The notes beneath the pieces were generated by a model, which made no database searches, was not told the DNA's origin, and was given only the letters and a program-made list of their open reading frames with translations. A stretch of 47,211 nucleotides of DNA, taken from assembly GCF_001194135.2 (NCBI RefSeq), contig NC_068994.1, forward strand, positions 12,077,075-12,124,285. Reading direction: 5' to 3'. The stretch's first letter is position 1. Each line of letters begins with the position of its first letter. This DNA is from Octopus bimaculoides. Taxonomy: Eukaryota. Below, in pieces: positions 35,587-47,211 of the stretch. Made by a program: the position numbers and the translations under genes.

Positions 35587-36527
35587 TATGTTTTTTTTTT
35601 TTGTTTTTTTTTTAATGTTAAGGCAGTAGGTTCCAGTGTGTTTTGACTGTTCTCTGATTGCTCAATTAGTTAGAAATGGCAGTCACAAGCATCCTGCAGC
35701 TTGTGGGATTTTCTGAATGGCATACCAAAGTGAAAAATTGCCTTGAAAGCTTTTCATTAGTGCAACCCACCTGATGATTAGCCATGTCTCATGTGGCCCA
35801 CTTCTTGAAAGAGGATGTCCATGTTTGATGTTGAGGTTCCTTGTTTAGCCTCAGATCAGCCCTAATCAGGTAGATCTGATCAATGGTTTTCCAGCTGCGA
35901 CCATCCTGTCTTTTTTTTTTTTTTTTTTTTTAAAGACATGGTGTATCCTTTTAGGATTGTTGAAGGAGATTTGGCTGATATTTTTAGCATGTTGAGTGAC
36001 CCTGTAGATCAAGCACGGGCAATCTTTTTTGAGAAACAAGCTGTATGAAACATGGCTCATCGAGGTAACTTTTTTTCATTAGGCATGTCATTCAGAAAAT
36101 CTTTCAGACCACAGTTTGCCCATCACCGATATTGATTCTCCTTTCAATCTTTGAGTTTTTTTCTCCCAAATAATTGAACCATTTGTATATTCTGTTACTA
36201 CCACTGAAATGTGTGTCTAGTAGTTGTTAGGTCATCAACTTTGTAACCATTGTACCTGGCACAGTTTTGTTATAATTTTAACACAACCACCTGGTCTTAG
36301 AAGCCACGCAGTTGCAAACAAACACTCAAGTTTGGTTTATGGTTTCGGGATAACATGTTCCCTTCTTTTCATCCATCACAAAGATCTAAAAAAAAAAAGA
36401 CTCAGCAGTGCTGCTTTTCAGGTTGCATCCCACTGTGCAATGCTTTGGGCAAGTGCTTTATGCTATAGTCCCAGGCTTACCAATAACTTGTGAGTGAATT
36501 TAGTAAGTAGAAACTGTACAGAAACCG

Positions 36528-36558
<31 letters not shown>

Positions 36559-37664
36559 GACACAACACATGTCTTTAAGAGCTGTTAATAGTTTCATATG
36601 CTTCTTTGTCTTTCTTATTCAGTTTTATTTTAGTCTGTTATGACATGTGGTTTGTGCCTGATGAATATGTTTGAGATATTTTTCAACATATGAAACTATT
36701 AGTAGCACTTATGGACTTGTATTGTGTCCTTTAAATAAATAATATTTATCTCTCACCAGATGGGGTACTTTTTTTGTTGTTCTTTTCTATCAGAACAATA
36801 CATTATATATACTGTGATGGACTCTCCCGTTGGTTTTGACGTAAGATCCAACAACCTACACGTTCTTTGTCAGTCATAATGCCTTTCTCGAATGTAACAT
36901 TTGATTCCTGACAACGATTTGCAAAGAGGCCCACAGATGTTACAAGTATGAGGATTACGGGTCAGTGCAGGCGGAAAGCAGACGTTAAACGTCAATGATG
37001 AATAAAGCTGCTTGTATGACAGTGACACTTGTTTACAATTATCACACTATCAAGATAAGGAGACACAAACACTCACACACATGTATGTATAATATGATGG
37101 GCTTCTTTTAATTTGCCTCTACCAGGTTCAATCACAGCGTTTTGGTCAGCCTAGGACTATTATAGAAGACACTTGTCCAAGGTGTCACACCCTGAGACTG
37201 AACCCAGAACTAAGTAGTTCAGAAGCAAACTCCTTATCACACTGCCCTGTCTGTGCCCCTATATTGGCCTCAGTAATTGACCAGTACTTATATTATTGAC
37301 CCTGAACAGGCAGAATCATTAGCATGCCAGGCAAAATGTTTAGTGGCATTTCATCTGCCTTTATGTTCTGAGTTCAAATTCTACTAAGGCTGACTTTGCT
37401 TTTCATTCTTTCAGGGTCGATAAAACAAGTGTCAGTTGAACACTGGGGGGTCGATGTAATTGACTAAACCCCTCCTCCAAAATTTGAAACTAAAATATTA
37501 CTGACCCTGAAACAGTGAAAAGCTAAGTTAACTTTCAAAGGGGGAGATAATGATGTGATAATAGTGAAGGTGGTGGTGGTGACAATGATGATGATGATAA
37601 TGATACTGACACCTTATTTTTTGGGTTCAAATTCACAATATATAACCATGATATATATTTATCA

Positions 37665-37670
37665 TTTATT
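37665..37670 (-). promoter_or_regulatory. Candidate EIPR1 polyadenylation signal AATAAA
   Basis: tttatt on + about 140 nt downstream of the EIPR1 stop, preceded on - by a T-rich tract. Confidence 0.5.
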
Positions 37671-37810
37671 GAACAAAAAAAAAAAAAAACTATGCAAATT
37701 TTGTTTTCTGTTTTTTTTTTAAATATTTTATGTATATTAATGTTATTATTTTTTTAGTAACATGGAATGTATTCATGTCCATCTTTAAGGTCCTTTGGAA
37801 TATATCACCA

Positions 37811-37985
37811 TCATAAGAGGATCTTGTATTTTTCTGTCCTTGGTACTCTGTTGATAACAAGACGTCCATCATAGCTCAATGATGCAAAGACCCAAGGGTC
37901 AGCAGTGGACCAGTCCACTCGATAGACACTGTCTTCATGTTCTTCATAGGTAGCAATAACTCCATCATTTACTTTCTCTCGTATC
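37811..37985 (-). CDS. EIPR1: EIPR1 exon 9, terminal ([57 protein letters not shown])
   Basis: ctgtag| start; 175 nt. The nine exons sum to 1146 nt = 381 aa + stop. Confidence 0.96.
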
Positions 37986-38198
37986 CTACAGAACAAGAAT
38001 ATGAGAATAAAACAAGGGCCTGGGTACAGGGGGTGAAAGTGCACCCCCTAAAATTTTGCAGAGGTGCAAAATTTAATATAGCACTCCTCTACTTACCTTT
38101 CTCAGGCTTAGAAAATAAGAACAAAGAATTAAAAAGAACCCCCACCCCAAAAAGATCCCTTGAAAGATATATTACTGAACAAGGAATTGAACACTTAC

Positions 38199-38357
38199 AC
38201 TTCTTTGCCTTCGTTGTCGCTGTTGTCTTCACTTTCGACTAAATAACCGAAAGGTTCAGAGGAAAGAGACACGATGTTGTTCAGGATGACTCTGCTGTCG
38301 CTACTAGAGGTGAGGACTAACTGGTCATGGAAATGGTTGTAACGTACTGACCACACC
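38199..38357 (-). CDS. EIPR1: EIPR1 exon 8 ([25 protein letters not shown]...GKE)
   Basis: taatag| ... GT|gtaagt; 159 nt. Confidence 0.95.
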
Positions 38358-38649
38358 CTATTACAGAGAGAAAGAAAAAAGAAATTGCAAAAAAGATAAA
38401 AAGTAGAGATGTGAATTATATGCACAGGTGTGGCTTTATAATCAGGTATGGCTGAGTGATAAGAGGCTTGCTTCCCAACCTCATGGTTCTGGGTTCAACC
38501 CCACTATGTGGCACCATGGGCAAGTGTCTTATACTACAACCTCGGGCTGAACAAAGTACTGGGGTTGATTCAAGGCGGTGCCCCAGCATGGCCACAGTCT
38601 AATGACTGATTGGTCCTCTTTAGCATTGTACACAATCTAGTCTTGATTT

Positions 38650-38846
38650 GTCCCGGCTTGTTACTAAAGAGGGTATGTAGCTTGGAGATCAAGGAGTCTC
38701 TCCAGGTTGAGCAGTTGCTTCTCTGCATTGAGAGGTCACAACTCTGGTACTACAGACATGTGATTAGAATGTGACAGGAATGAATTGCAAGATGGATTCT
38801 TCAAGTAAGCCAACTGGCAGGAGACCTAGAAGTAGCCCGAGAATGA
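38650..38846 (+). mobile_element. Decayed LINE (RTE-like) ORF2 C-terminal fragment of a different family
   Basis: Translates LLKRVCSLEIKESLQVEQLLLCIERSQLWYYRHVIRM*QE*IARWILQ..., resembling the RTE motif IE..QLRW.GHV.RM...R. Confidence 0.7.
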
Positions 38847-38847
38847 G

Positions 38848-39180
38848 ATCATCATCGTTTAACGTCCGCTTTCCATGCTAGCATGGGTTGGACGATTTGA
38901 CTGAGGACTGTTGAACCAGATGGCTGCACCAGGCTCCAATCTGATCTGGCAGAGTTTCTACAGCTGGATGCCAACCACTCCAAGAGTGTAGTGGGTGCTT
39001 TTAGATGCCACTGGCACGAGGGCCAGTCACACTGTACTGGCAACGGCCACACTCACAAAAGTTTTTTTTTTACGTGCCACCTTCACGGGAGTCAGTCCAG
39101 CGGCACTGGCAACGACCTTGCTTGAATGATTTCTAACGTGCCACCAGCACAAGTGCTAGAAGGCGACGCTGGTAACGAGA
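38848..39180 (-). mobile_element. RTE LINE 3' UTR fragment, in EIPR1 intron 7
   Basis: Same tail and array units. Confidence 0.85.
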
Positions 39181-39462
39181 GTTGGCTGGATAATATCCAT
39201 AGTCTTAGTTGGTCATGCTTAGGAATCCAGTCACAAAGTATAATGATGTTTGCTTTTCACAGGACCCTATGGAGGAGGGGGCCTGAGGACCCCCACCCCA
39301 GTGAGCTCCAAGAAAAGATAGATGGGTGGAGTGAAGAATATTTTTTCTCTTTTTTTTTTTGTCTATCTTTCTTGGAAGAATCTTTGTTTAAATGAGAAAA
39401 AATTATGATTGACAATAAGGTACCAAATGGTAGAAAATTTCAAGAGACACTTAGCTGCTTAC

Positions 39463-39630
39463 CAATGAGAATGGTCAGTTAGAATCTTCAGTGGACTATT
39501 AGTGTTTCGCACATCCCAGAACTTGACCTTGCAGTCATCTCCGCAACTGACAAAACAGTACTGCTTATTAGGGTTGAAATCCAAGTCTCGGACTAGCTGA
39601 CCATGAGCATTTTCAATAACATACACTTGT
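39463..39630 (-). CDS. EIPR1: EIPR1 exon 7 ([24 protein letters not shown]...KVKFWDVRN...DHSH)
   Basis: ttccag| ... TG|gtaagc; 168 nt; near-identical to the vertebrate WD repeat. Confidence 0.96.
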
Positions 39631-40346
39631 CTGGAAATAAGACAAACCAAATAACAGGATATACAGAGAAGTTATTTCCCCATTCAAATGTATACAAGTA
39701 TGTATGTGTTTGTCCCCAACCACCACCACTTGATAACTGGTGTTGTTTGGTTTATGTCCCTGTAACTTAGCAGTTCAGCAAGAGATCAACAAAATAAGCA
39801 TCAGACTGAAAAAAAAAATACTGGGGTTCATTCGTTTGACTAAACTCTTCAAGGTATTGCCCCAGCATGGCCACAGTCTAATGACGTGGCTAACTGGATA
39901 CTGAATCTGTTTTGGCATTAGAGTCGTACACACACATGTACATGTGCAGAAATATACATATACAGATGGAGAGAGTGAGATACAGGGAGGGGTAGAGCGG
40001 GGGAGAGACTTGACACATACATACAGACATAACTCAGTAACACAAGTAGAGAGAGAGAGAGTAAGAATAAGAGAAACAATACAAATACATACAAACATAA
40101 ATAGGAGATCACACAAATAAACAAAGAGAAAGAGAGAGAGTGAGACACAAACATTAAAATGTCTGATGTCAAATAAGTCAGCATCGAATCAACACGAGAA
40201 TGGCTTGCCAAAAACCATCTCATGCCTTCCCCATACATTCATAAAGTGATCCTTTAAAAAATATATATATATAAAGACAACTATAATCATTCAGAATAAG
40301 ACTTCTAATAGAAGTATAGACAAAGCAAAAAGAATTTGTTACTCAC

Positions 40347-40483
40347 TTCATCGATCGTAAGTCCCAGCCCCGAATTGTGGTATCGTTGGCTGTGGCAACT
40401 TGAGAGCATTTGTGATGCGGATTCCATTTAGCTGCAGTCATCTTTGGTTGGCCTCTTGCTTCTATAGAGGCTGAACTAAAAAT
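40347..40483 (-). CDS. EIPR1: EIPR1 exon 6 ([45 protein letters not shown])
   Basis: ctgtag| ... AA|gtgagt; 137 nt; WD repeat. Confidence 0.95.
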
Positions 40484-40807
40484 CTACAGCCAAAACAATA
40501 GCAATTTATATTTATATAATGAATGGGAATACAAAGTAGTACAAACATATTGTACAGCATAATTATGAAACTTACCAAGATGGTGAGCTGGCAACAGAGC
40601 CAGATTAAGATTTATAGGGGCCTAAACACTTAAAGGATTTTGGTGCCTCCATACATATATATATATATATATATAATTCAAAATATAAACTCTTTTACTT
40701 GTTTCAGTCATTTGACTGGAGCACCGTATTTTAGTTGCGATGATGAAAGAATCACACAAACAGGTAATCAACAAAACAAATATAAGAAAACAAAAATGCA
40801 AGTTCAC

Positions 40808-40907
40808 CTTTGCAGAAGCAGAGGCCACATCGAGATTCCAGAGCAGAATATGGTTATCAGCTAATCCCAGTAGAGTATTTTCTTCTCCAGTGGGGTGCCA
40901 TAATAGA
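40808..40907 (-). CDS. EIPR1: EIPR1 exon 5 (LLWHPTGEENTLLGLADNHILLWNLDVASASAK)
   Basis: cttacag| ... AAG|gtgaac; 100 nt; conserved LADNHILLW. Confidence 0.94.
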
Positions 40908-41187
40908 CTGTAAGAAAATGAAAAGTGACAGATGTAATGTCAGCTTGTTAGATATTGATAGATTCAAAGCCATGTGAATATAACAGTATTTGGAACACTT
41001 GGCCTTCACTATAGCTCTGGGCCGACCAAAACCCTGTAAGTGGATTTGGTAGACAGAAACTGAAAGAAGTTCACTGTATGTATGTCAGTATGTGTATATG
41101 TGTGAGTGAGTGTTTATGTGTCTCCTTGTCTTGATATCACCTGATTGTACATACACACACACATATATGTATGAGTGTGTGTGTATG

Positions 41188-41233
<46 letters not shown>

Positions 41234-41489
41234 AAAGGTTATGAAGGGTATTGGAATCAACCAAACCCTATACATATATATATGTATATATATATAATCC
41301 AAGAAAGTTAGGGGTTGTGAATCCAACCCACTAAGGGATAATATCTATCCAATATACTGTCGGAAGGATACCCAATTATTATTACACAAGTGTTTTTTTA
41401 CCAAGTGCAATAAATGGGTGCAGGTAAAAGGATATTTTACCCTTATATATATATATATATATATATATATGAATGTATGTATATATGTA

Positions 41490-41750
41490 TGTGTGTGTGT
41501 TTTGTTTGTTTATGTACTCTTGTCTAGACATCACATGATAGTTGTAAGTGAGTATCACTGTCATACAAGCCACATTGTTTACTTCCAATCTTCCGTGAAA
41601 AAACATGTCTACCTGTGGAGAATTGTCTGGAAATAGGTAAAGGTTAGTGACAAGAAGGGCATCTGGCTGTAAAAAAAAATCTGCATCAACAAATTCCACC
41701 TGACCCGTGCAACCATGGAAATATGGCTGTTAAATGATGATGATGATAAT
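41490..41750 (+). mobile_element. 3' half of a SINE with an RTE-like tail (family E)
   Basis: ...gaagggcatctggctgtaaaa...ctgacccgtgcaaccatggaaa...gttaaatgatgatg. Sister copies at about 5560-5760(+), 9520-9650(+), 15130-15320(+) and 28200-28400(-). Confidence 0.65.
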
Positions 41751-41819
41751 GATAGTCGAAGTGTTTTATAACCAACAAACATAGCTATTTGCAGTTAGAT
41801 GATGAAAATGTCAGCTTAC

Positions 41820-41967
41820 CACTTGATTTCACCATATTCAGAAAAGTCAAGCGGACATAATAATTTAAGTGGTCGATGACTGTTAGAGGGTTCTTCAGTA
41901 AAACTGTCATTTAAATTGGTTGGTAGCCTCCATAAAGCAGCCTGGACTTCAATCTTTGAGTCAACAT
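41820..41967 (-). CDS. EIPR1: EIPR1 exon 4 (VDSKIEVQAALWRLP...LKLLCPLDFSEYGEIK)
   Basis: ttttag| ... TG|gtaagc; 148 nt; phases 1/2 consistent with neighbours. Confidence 0.92.
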
Positions 41968-42110
41968 CTAAAATTACAAATGAAATATTATTATTAAGGT
42001 TAAAAGAATAGGAATCTTAATGTCCAAAAGTATCTGAATTCCATATTTCCTTTCTCTTATTTCTCTCTCTCTCTCTCTCTCTGATATTAAATTTAATGAA
42101 TTATACTTAC

Positions 42111-42243
42111 GTTTGTTGTAACAAGTGGCAAGAATATCTTTATCCAATGTAGATGCACTGATGTACCAGATTTCTCCCTCTTGGTGGAGGAATACATTTT
42201 TGTTGATTGAATTGTATTCATCATCAAAATGTATATGATGGAC
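42111..42243 (-). CDS. EIPR1: EIPR1 exon 3 ([44 protein letters not shown])
   Basis: ttctag| ... C|gtaagt; 133 nt; matches FDDE..INKN.LLHQ.GEIW.IS motif. Confidence 0.95.
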
Positions 42244-43029
42244 CTAGAAGAGAAAACAAAGTATAGTGAGAGTTATTTTAGGATAGTGCTGTTGTAATAA
42301 TATTAATCACTTGTATCTTCTCTACAGCAATAAACCTGTTTCTGTCCTATCATGCTTTAACCTCACATTATTTGGCATAAAGTCATTTCCCTCAATATGA
42401 CACTTGCCTCAGTTTTGTCATCTCGTCTTGTGAGCTACTCTGTAATCTTACTGGTGCTAGTGCCATGTAAAAGGCACCCAGTACACTCTGTAAAGTGGTT
42501 GGTGTAAGGAAAGGCATCCGGCTGTAGAAACCATACCAAAGCAGACACTGGATTTTGGTGCAGTCTTCCAGCTCAGTAACTTTTGTCAAATAAGGCAGAA
42601 ACGTTAGCACGCCGGGCGAAATGCTTAGTGGTATTTCGTCTGCTGCTACGTTCTGAGTTCAAATTCCGCCGACGTCAACTTTGCCTTTCATCCTTTCGGA
42701 ATCGATAAATTAGTGCCAGTTACACACTGGGGTTGATGTAATTGTGATTTTTTTGTTGCGATATGTCAAGTTTATTGAAGCAACGTGACTTGCAAAATAT
42801 ATCAATTCTAATTTTTGGGTTGATATCTAACATGATAATTAGAATAACTATGAAATTTAATTTTGCAGTTAAAAGCTTAAACAGTTCTGGTTCTCAGGAT
42901 ACACACAGTTTTGNNNNNNNNNNNNNNNNNNAAGTCAAAAGTTTGATCAAATTGAAAGATAAAAGAAAACGAATACAACATAAACCAGTATAAAGGAAAG
43001 AGGTATGCAGCCAAATGAAGTGTACTTAC

Positions 43030-43113
43030 TTGGTTTTCAGCTCGTAGACTTTGTGTTCCAACGAGAAAGCGTATGTTTTCTGTGTCACCCACTTGCGCAG
43101 TTAGGGCCCGAGC
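43030..43113 (-). CDS. EIPR1: EIPR1 exon 2 ([28 protein letters not shown])
   Basis: tttcag| ... |gtaagt; 84 nt; conserved [10 protein letters not shown]. Confidence 0.95.
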
Positions 43114-43192
43114 CTGAAAGATAAATAACAGTAGTGTTGGGCGGGGTCCACAAGAAATAATATATGGCTGTACATTTGATCATATATGGGTG

Positions 43193-43500
43193 AAGACACA
43201 TGGCCCAGTGGTTAAAGCATTAAAGCATTGGGCTTACAGTCATGAGGTAGTGAGTTTGATTCCTGGACCAGGCTCTGCTGTGTTGTGTTCTTGAGCAAGA
43301 CACTTTATTTCACATTGCTCCAGTTAATTCAGCTGTAGAAATGAGTTGCGACGTCACTGGTGCCAAGCGGTATCAGCCTTTGCCTTTCCCTTGGATAACA
43401 TCAGTGGCATGGAGAGGGGAGGCTGATATACTGGTCTTCCATAAACAACCTTGCCCAGATTTGTGCCTTGGAGGAGAACTTTCTAGGTGCAATCCCATGG
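43193..43500 (+). mobile_element. SINE family D-related copy
   Basis: tggcccagtggtt...gtttgattcctggacc...gtgttcttgagcaagacactttatttcacattgctccag. Confidence 0.72.
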
Positions 43501-43546
43501 TCATTCTTGACCAAACAAGGTCTTTTTTAATTGATCATCATCAACA

Positions 43547-43961
43547 GGCATAGGAGTGGCTGTGTGTGGTAAGTAGCTTGCTTACAAACCACATGGTTCC
43601 GGGTTCAGTCTCACTGCGTGGCACCTTGGGCAAGTGTCTTCTACTATAGCCTCAGGCCAACCAAAGCCTTGTGAGTGGATTTGGTAGACGGAAACTGAAA
43701 GAAGCCCGTTGCATATATGTATATATATATGTGTGTGTGAGTGTGTGTGTATGTTTCGTGTCTGTGTTTGTCCCCCCAACATCGCTTGACAACCAATGCT
43801 GGTGTGTTTACATCCCCGTAACTTAGCAGTTCGGCTAAAGAGATCGATAGAATAAGTACTAGGCTTACAAAGAATAAGTCCTGAGGTCGATTTGCTCGAC
43901 TAAAGGCGGTGCTCCAGCATGACCACAGTCAAATGACTGAAACAGGTAAAAGAGTAAAAGA
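43547..43961 (+). mobile_element. SINE family A, full length, in EIPR1 intron 1
   Basis: Consensus match end to end. Further partial or diverged copies lie near 3675, 4970, 8620, 9660, 10905, 15330, 15833, 16119, 16300, 24740, 36400, 37090, 38425 and 39705. Confidence 0.9.
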
Positions 43962-44617
43962 GGTGGTAGGCCCAATCCACTGTCTATGTTTAGCACCCCC
44001 ACCTGATACCTGGATGTTTTTAGCAGTGTTTACTGTGTTGCAAGCATTAGGACCAGATCACCACTCTAGTTCCCTCCTCACCCATACTTTACCTGCAATC
44101 ACTGGTTGGAGAAATTTAACAAGTGCATTGACCATATCAATTTTACAAGTCAATGGTTTGGTGGTTGAAAAGGTTATGGGCTCTGCTTCTCCTACTCTGA
44201 AATTAAGCATACACTAAGATCATACAAGAAGCACAGTTTATAGTTGATGTCTGCTCCAACTAACAATAAATAGTAACAGCAATAGTTTAAAGGAGGAAAA
44301 ATGGTGGTGGGAAAGAAAGAAATATTGGAGAGAGTACAAGAAGAGAAAACATCCCAGATGGAACGGCAGTGGAAATGATGGAGAGAGAAAAGGGTAAGGA
44401 AGAACAGGGATGGATAGAGCAAGAGAAAGAAAGGCCAGATGGCATCCTAGAGATATAAATATAAGGGCACAAGTGAGATAGAGGTAAGAGGTAACCTGGA
44501 AGAAAGTGTCTTGTGAATGACGAAAATATAGGAGCCTTGGGGGACAAAATGTAAGATGATGAGGCATGAAGGTGCGCATAGTGGAGAGCAGCATATATAT
44601 ATATATATATATATAAA

Positions 44618-44705
44618 ATATATAGTTTTAGGGAAAATAACCAAGTTTCAAGAACTCATCGATGAAAATCCATAAAATATATAGTTTTAGGGAAAATAAC
44701 CAAGT
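44618..44705 (+). repeat. Short direct duplication next to a gap
   Basis: aaatatatagttttagggaaaataaccaagt occurs twice about 60 nt apart, just before the Ns. Confidence 0.8.
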
Positions 44706-46755
44706 NNNNNNNNNNNNNNNNNNNNNNNNNNNNNNNNNNNNNNNNNNNNNNNNNNNNNNNNNNNNNNNNNNNNNNNNNNNNNNNNNNNNNNNNNNNNNNN
44801 NNNNNNNNNNNNNNNNNNNNNNNNNNNNNNNNNNNNNNNNNNNNNNNNNNNNNNNNNNNNNNNNNNNNNNNNNNNNNNNNNNNNNNNNNNNNNNNNNNNN
44901 NNNNNNNNNNNNNNNNNNNNNNNNNNNNNNNNNNNNNNNNNNNNNNNNNNNNNNNNNNNNNNNNNNNNNNNNNNNNNNNNNNNNNNNNNNNNNNNTATCT
45001 ATAAAGCTCAATTTAATTTTAATTTTTTATAAATTGATTTTAATTGAGTTTTTACCTGTAATTTTGGATTTTGTCCCTAATATTATTATATATATATATT
45101 ATTTTATTTAAAAGAGTTCCAACTCTGTCTGTTTTTTATGTTTTATTTATATTCTTGTAAAATTAATGTGGGATATAGAATATGGAATATATATATAATA
45201 TAAAAATGGATGGTACAATGGAATGAAGTATTGAATGTCTTATTGAATATATGAAATATGTCTTATTGAATATATGAAATATTGAGTGTTCAATATAAAG
45301 AATTAACTATATAAAGGCGAATACGTATTTTCAATACCTTGTGGTATTCATCATGGCCTACGTCTGACAAATATATATATGTGTGTGTGTGTGTGTGTGT
45401 TACAGTATCTTGATTCCTACCCTCATGTCATGGTATGTTTTTTTCATGGATGGGCAGGCCGGCTGTAGTCCCACATATTGTAAGTCAGTACAGCTCATTG
45501 TCATCTCGTCTGTGAGATACAGAGACTTTGGGTCAGCCCTCCCCATTTCATCCCAAATTTCCTTTAGACTCCCTCTTCCCCAGGTTTCACTGATTTGGAG
45601 TGCTCAGCACTTTTGTATGCAGTAGTCGTCCTCTAAACACTCACATGTCCATGAGAGCACACTACATCTGGTTCGTTTAACACAGTTTTTTTTATTTTTA
45701 AATCGTAACTCATTAGTATACTTTGAGTGCCCAGCACTTTTGTATGAAAACTTAGATGATGGTAGGGGAGGGAGGAACCGAAATCCCTTGTTATTACACA
45801 GGTAACAATGGCACAGTGCTGTATCTGCTTATAGAACTTGATTACAGTTAAGCGGATCGACCAGGCAGAACTGGTGATAAAATATGAACTGTAGACTATG
45901 GCGTTGACAACTGTTGTTTTCAATACGAAATAATGCAGTTTCAAACTGATAATGCAAGAAATTAGGTGAATTATAGACTGTTTATACAAAATGAGACTAT
46001 TCTGCACGAAGTAACATCAACAGCTAGTAAACACCATAATTTATCGGAGTCTTTATCTTCGCGGTCATCTAAACTGTTAGAAACTACACCCTCTGTCTTA
46101 AAAAAGAAAGAGTGTTTGGTTGAGACGCACAGCATTCACACAGGTTGATCACGGTTGGAATGTCTTTGATAATCGATCTGCTTCATCGGGGTTGACTCGG
46201 GGTAAAACAACAAGACAGTAAACAGCAAATGTTGTAGTTAGTCTAAAGATAATGCTTTGCTATTACACACATACATATATAATGTTATTACTGGCGGATT
46301 TATAACGATTATAGGAAATGGGACTGTTTTGTTGTTGTCCCAGGAAAGCTATGTTCAATTAGCATTGCAGCTCACATAGTTTCAAATAACCAGGTAGATA
46401 AACATGTAGGTATGATCAGCGCTGTCACAGTAGCATTACAAGGCCCCCTGGAAAATCACTGACACTATGTCCTATAATAGATATTTATTGACAAGCCACA
46501 TCTATGGATTTAGAATTGGGTTCCTAAATTCGTGGGTGCTCGGGCAGCGGCACAGTGTGCCCATGCCTGGGTATGAGATCGAGAGATACATAAACAGTGA
46601 GAAAGTCAAAAAGAGAGACAGAGATGCAATATAAATAAAACAAATAAATGACACACATAGAAACATGGATGGACAAACATTCGGAGAATAGTCAATTAAA
46701 TAATCATATTTTAACATTACGGAATGAACAGATGGAGAATGTTAGAATGTATTAC

Positions 46756-46797
46756 TGGGAATTCGAGTCCATATATGACAGGTGCTTCGTCTTCCAT
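46756..46797 (-). CDS. EIPR1: EIPR1/TSSC1 coding exon 1 (MEDEAPVIYGLEFP)
   Basis: ATG at 46797; CCA|gtaata donor. Matches vertebrate MEDDAPVIYGLEFQ. Not in the ORF track (only 14 codons). Confidence 0.92.
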
Positions 46798-47211
46798 GAT
46801 TCACGATTGTTTTTTGGGGAAATAATTTCGATATTGTGTCGTCGGCTAGAAACACCGCAGCCATTGACGACTGTTGCAAAAACAGCACCACAAACAAGTT
46901 GTATATTACACTTGAAAAATTATAGTAAAAATATAAACGAAAAACTGAAGAAAGTTTTATTCGATAGAAAACAGTTGTAGTTTCACTTAAAGAAAGCTAA
47001 AAATAAATTAGCAGTTATTTAGTTATGCGCTATGCACACCCACCATACCTCGACTTACGTCGGTAATTGGTTCCAAGACAGGACTTAACTCGAAAAACGA
47101 GGTAACACGAAAAAAACATTAAAAGGTTTCTATTAGCATATATCTTGGATCTTTTTTTAATAAATCGGTTGCACATAATTTCACGTATTATTGATTTTTG
47201 GCGAAGATAAA

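Overview
AT-rich, gapped eukaryotic genomic DNA, most likely a coleoid cephalopod (Octopus-like, inferred from the SINE/RTE repeat families and microsatellite density). Two convergent spliced genes are present. (1) On +, PCMTD1/2-like: three coding exons recovered (27328-27602, 28847-28964, 30046-31412). The N-terminal coding exon was not found and probably lies in an N-gap. The last exon carries a 419-aa low-complexity insert splitting the SOCS box. (2) On -, a complete 9-exon EIPR1/TSSC1 (WD40; 1146-nt CDS, 381 aa; ATG 46797, stop 37811), with all splice sites GT-AG and phases consistent. The rest is mostly repeats: several tRNA-derived SINE families, 5'-truncated RTE LINE 3' ends carrying hairpin tandem arrays, two decayed mariner copies, an internally deleted Gypsy-type LTR element, hAT- and piggyBac-like MITEs, and microsatellites. 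Best leads: a SINE carrying a CpG-decayed Penelope-type minimal hammerhead ribozyme, the greatly expanded split SOCS box of PCMTD1, variable hairpin arrays in RTE 3' UTRs, and a tRNA-Met-like fold with an extended acceptor stem. Most short ORFs in the track are repeat-, microsatellite- or N-gap artefacts. All analysis was by eye; repeat boundaries are approximate (about +/-10 nt) unless a target-site duplication (TSD) is given.
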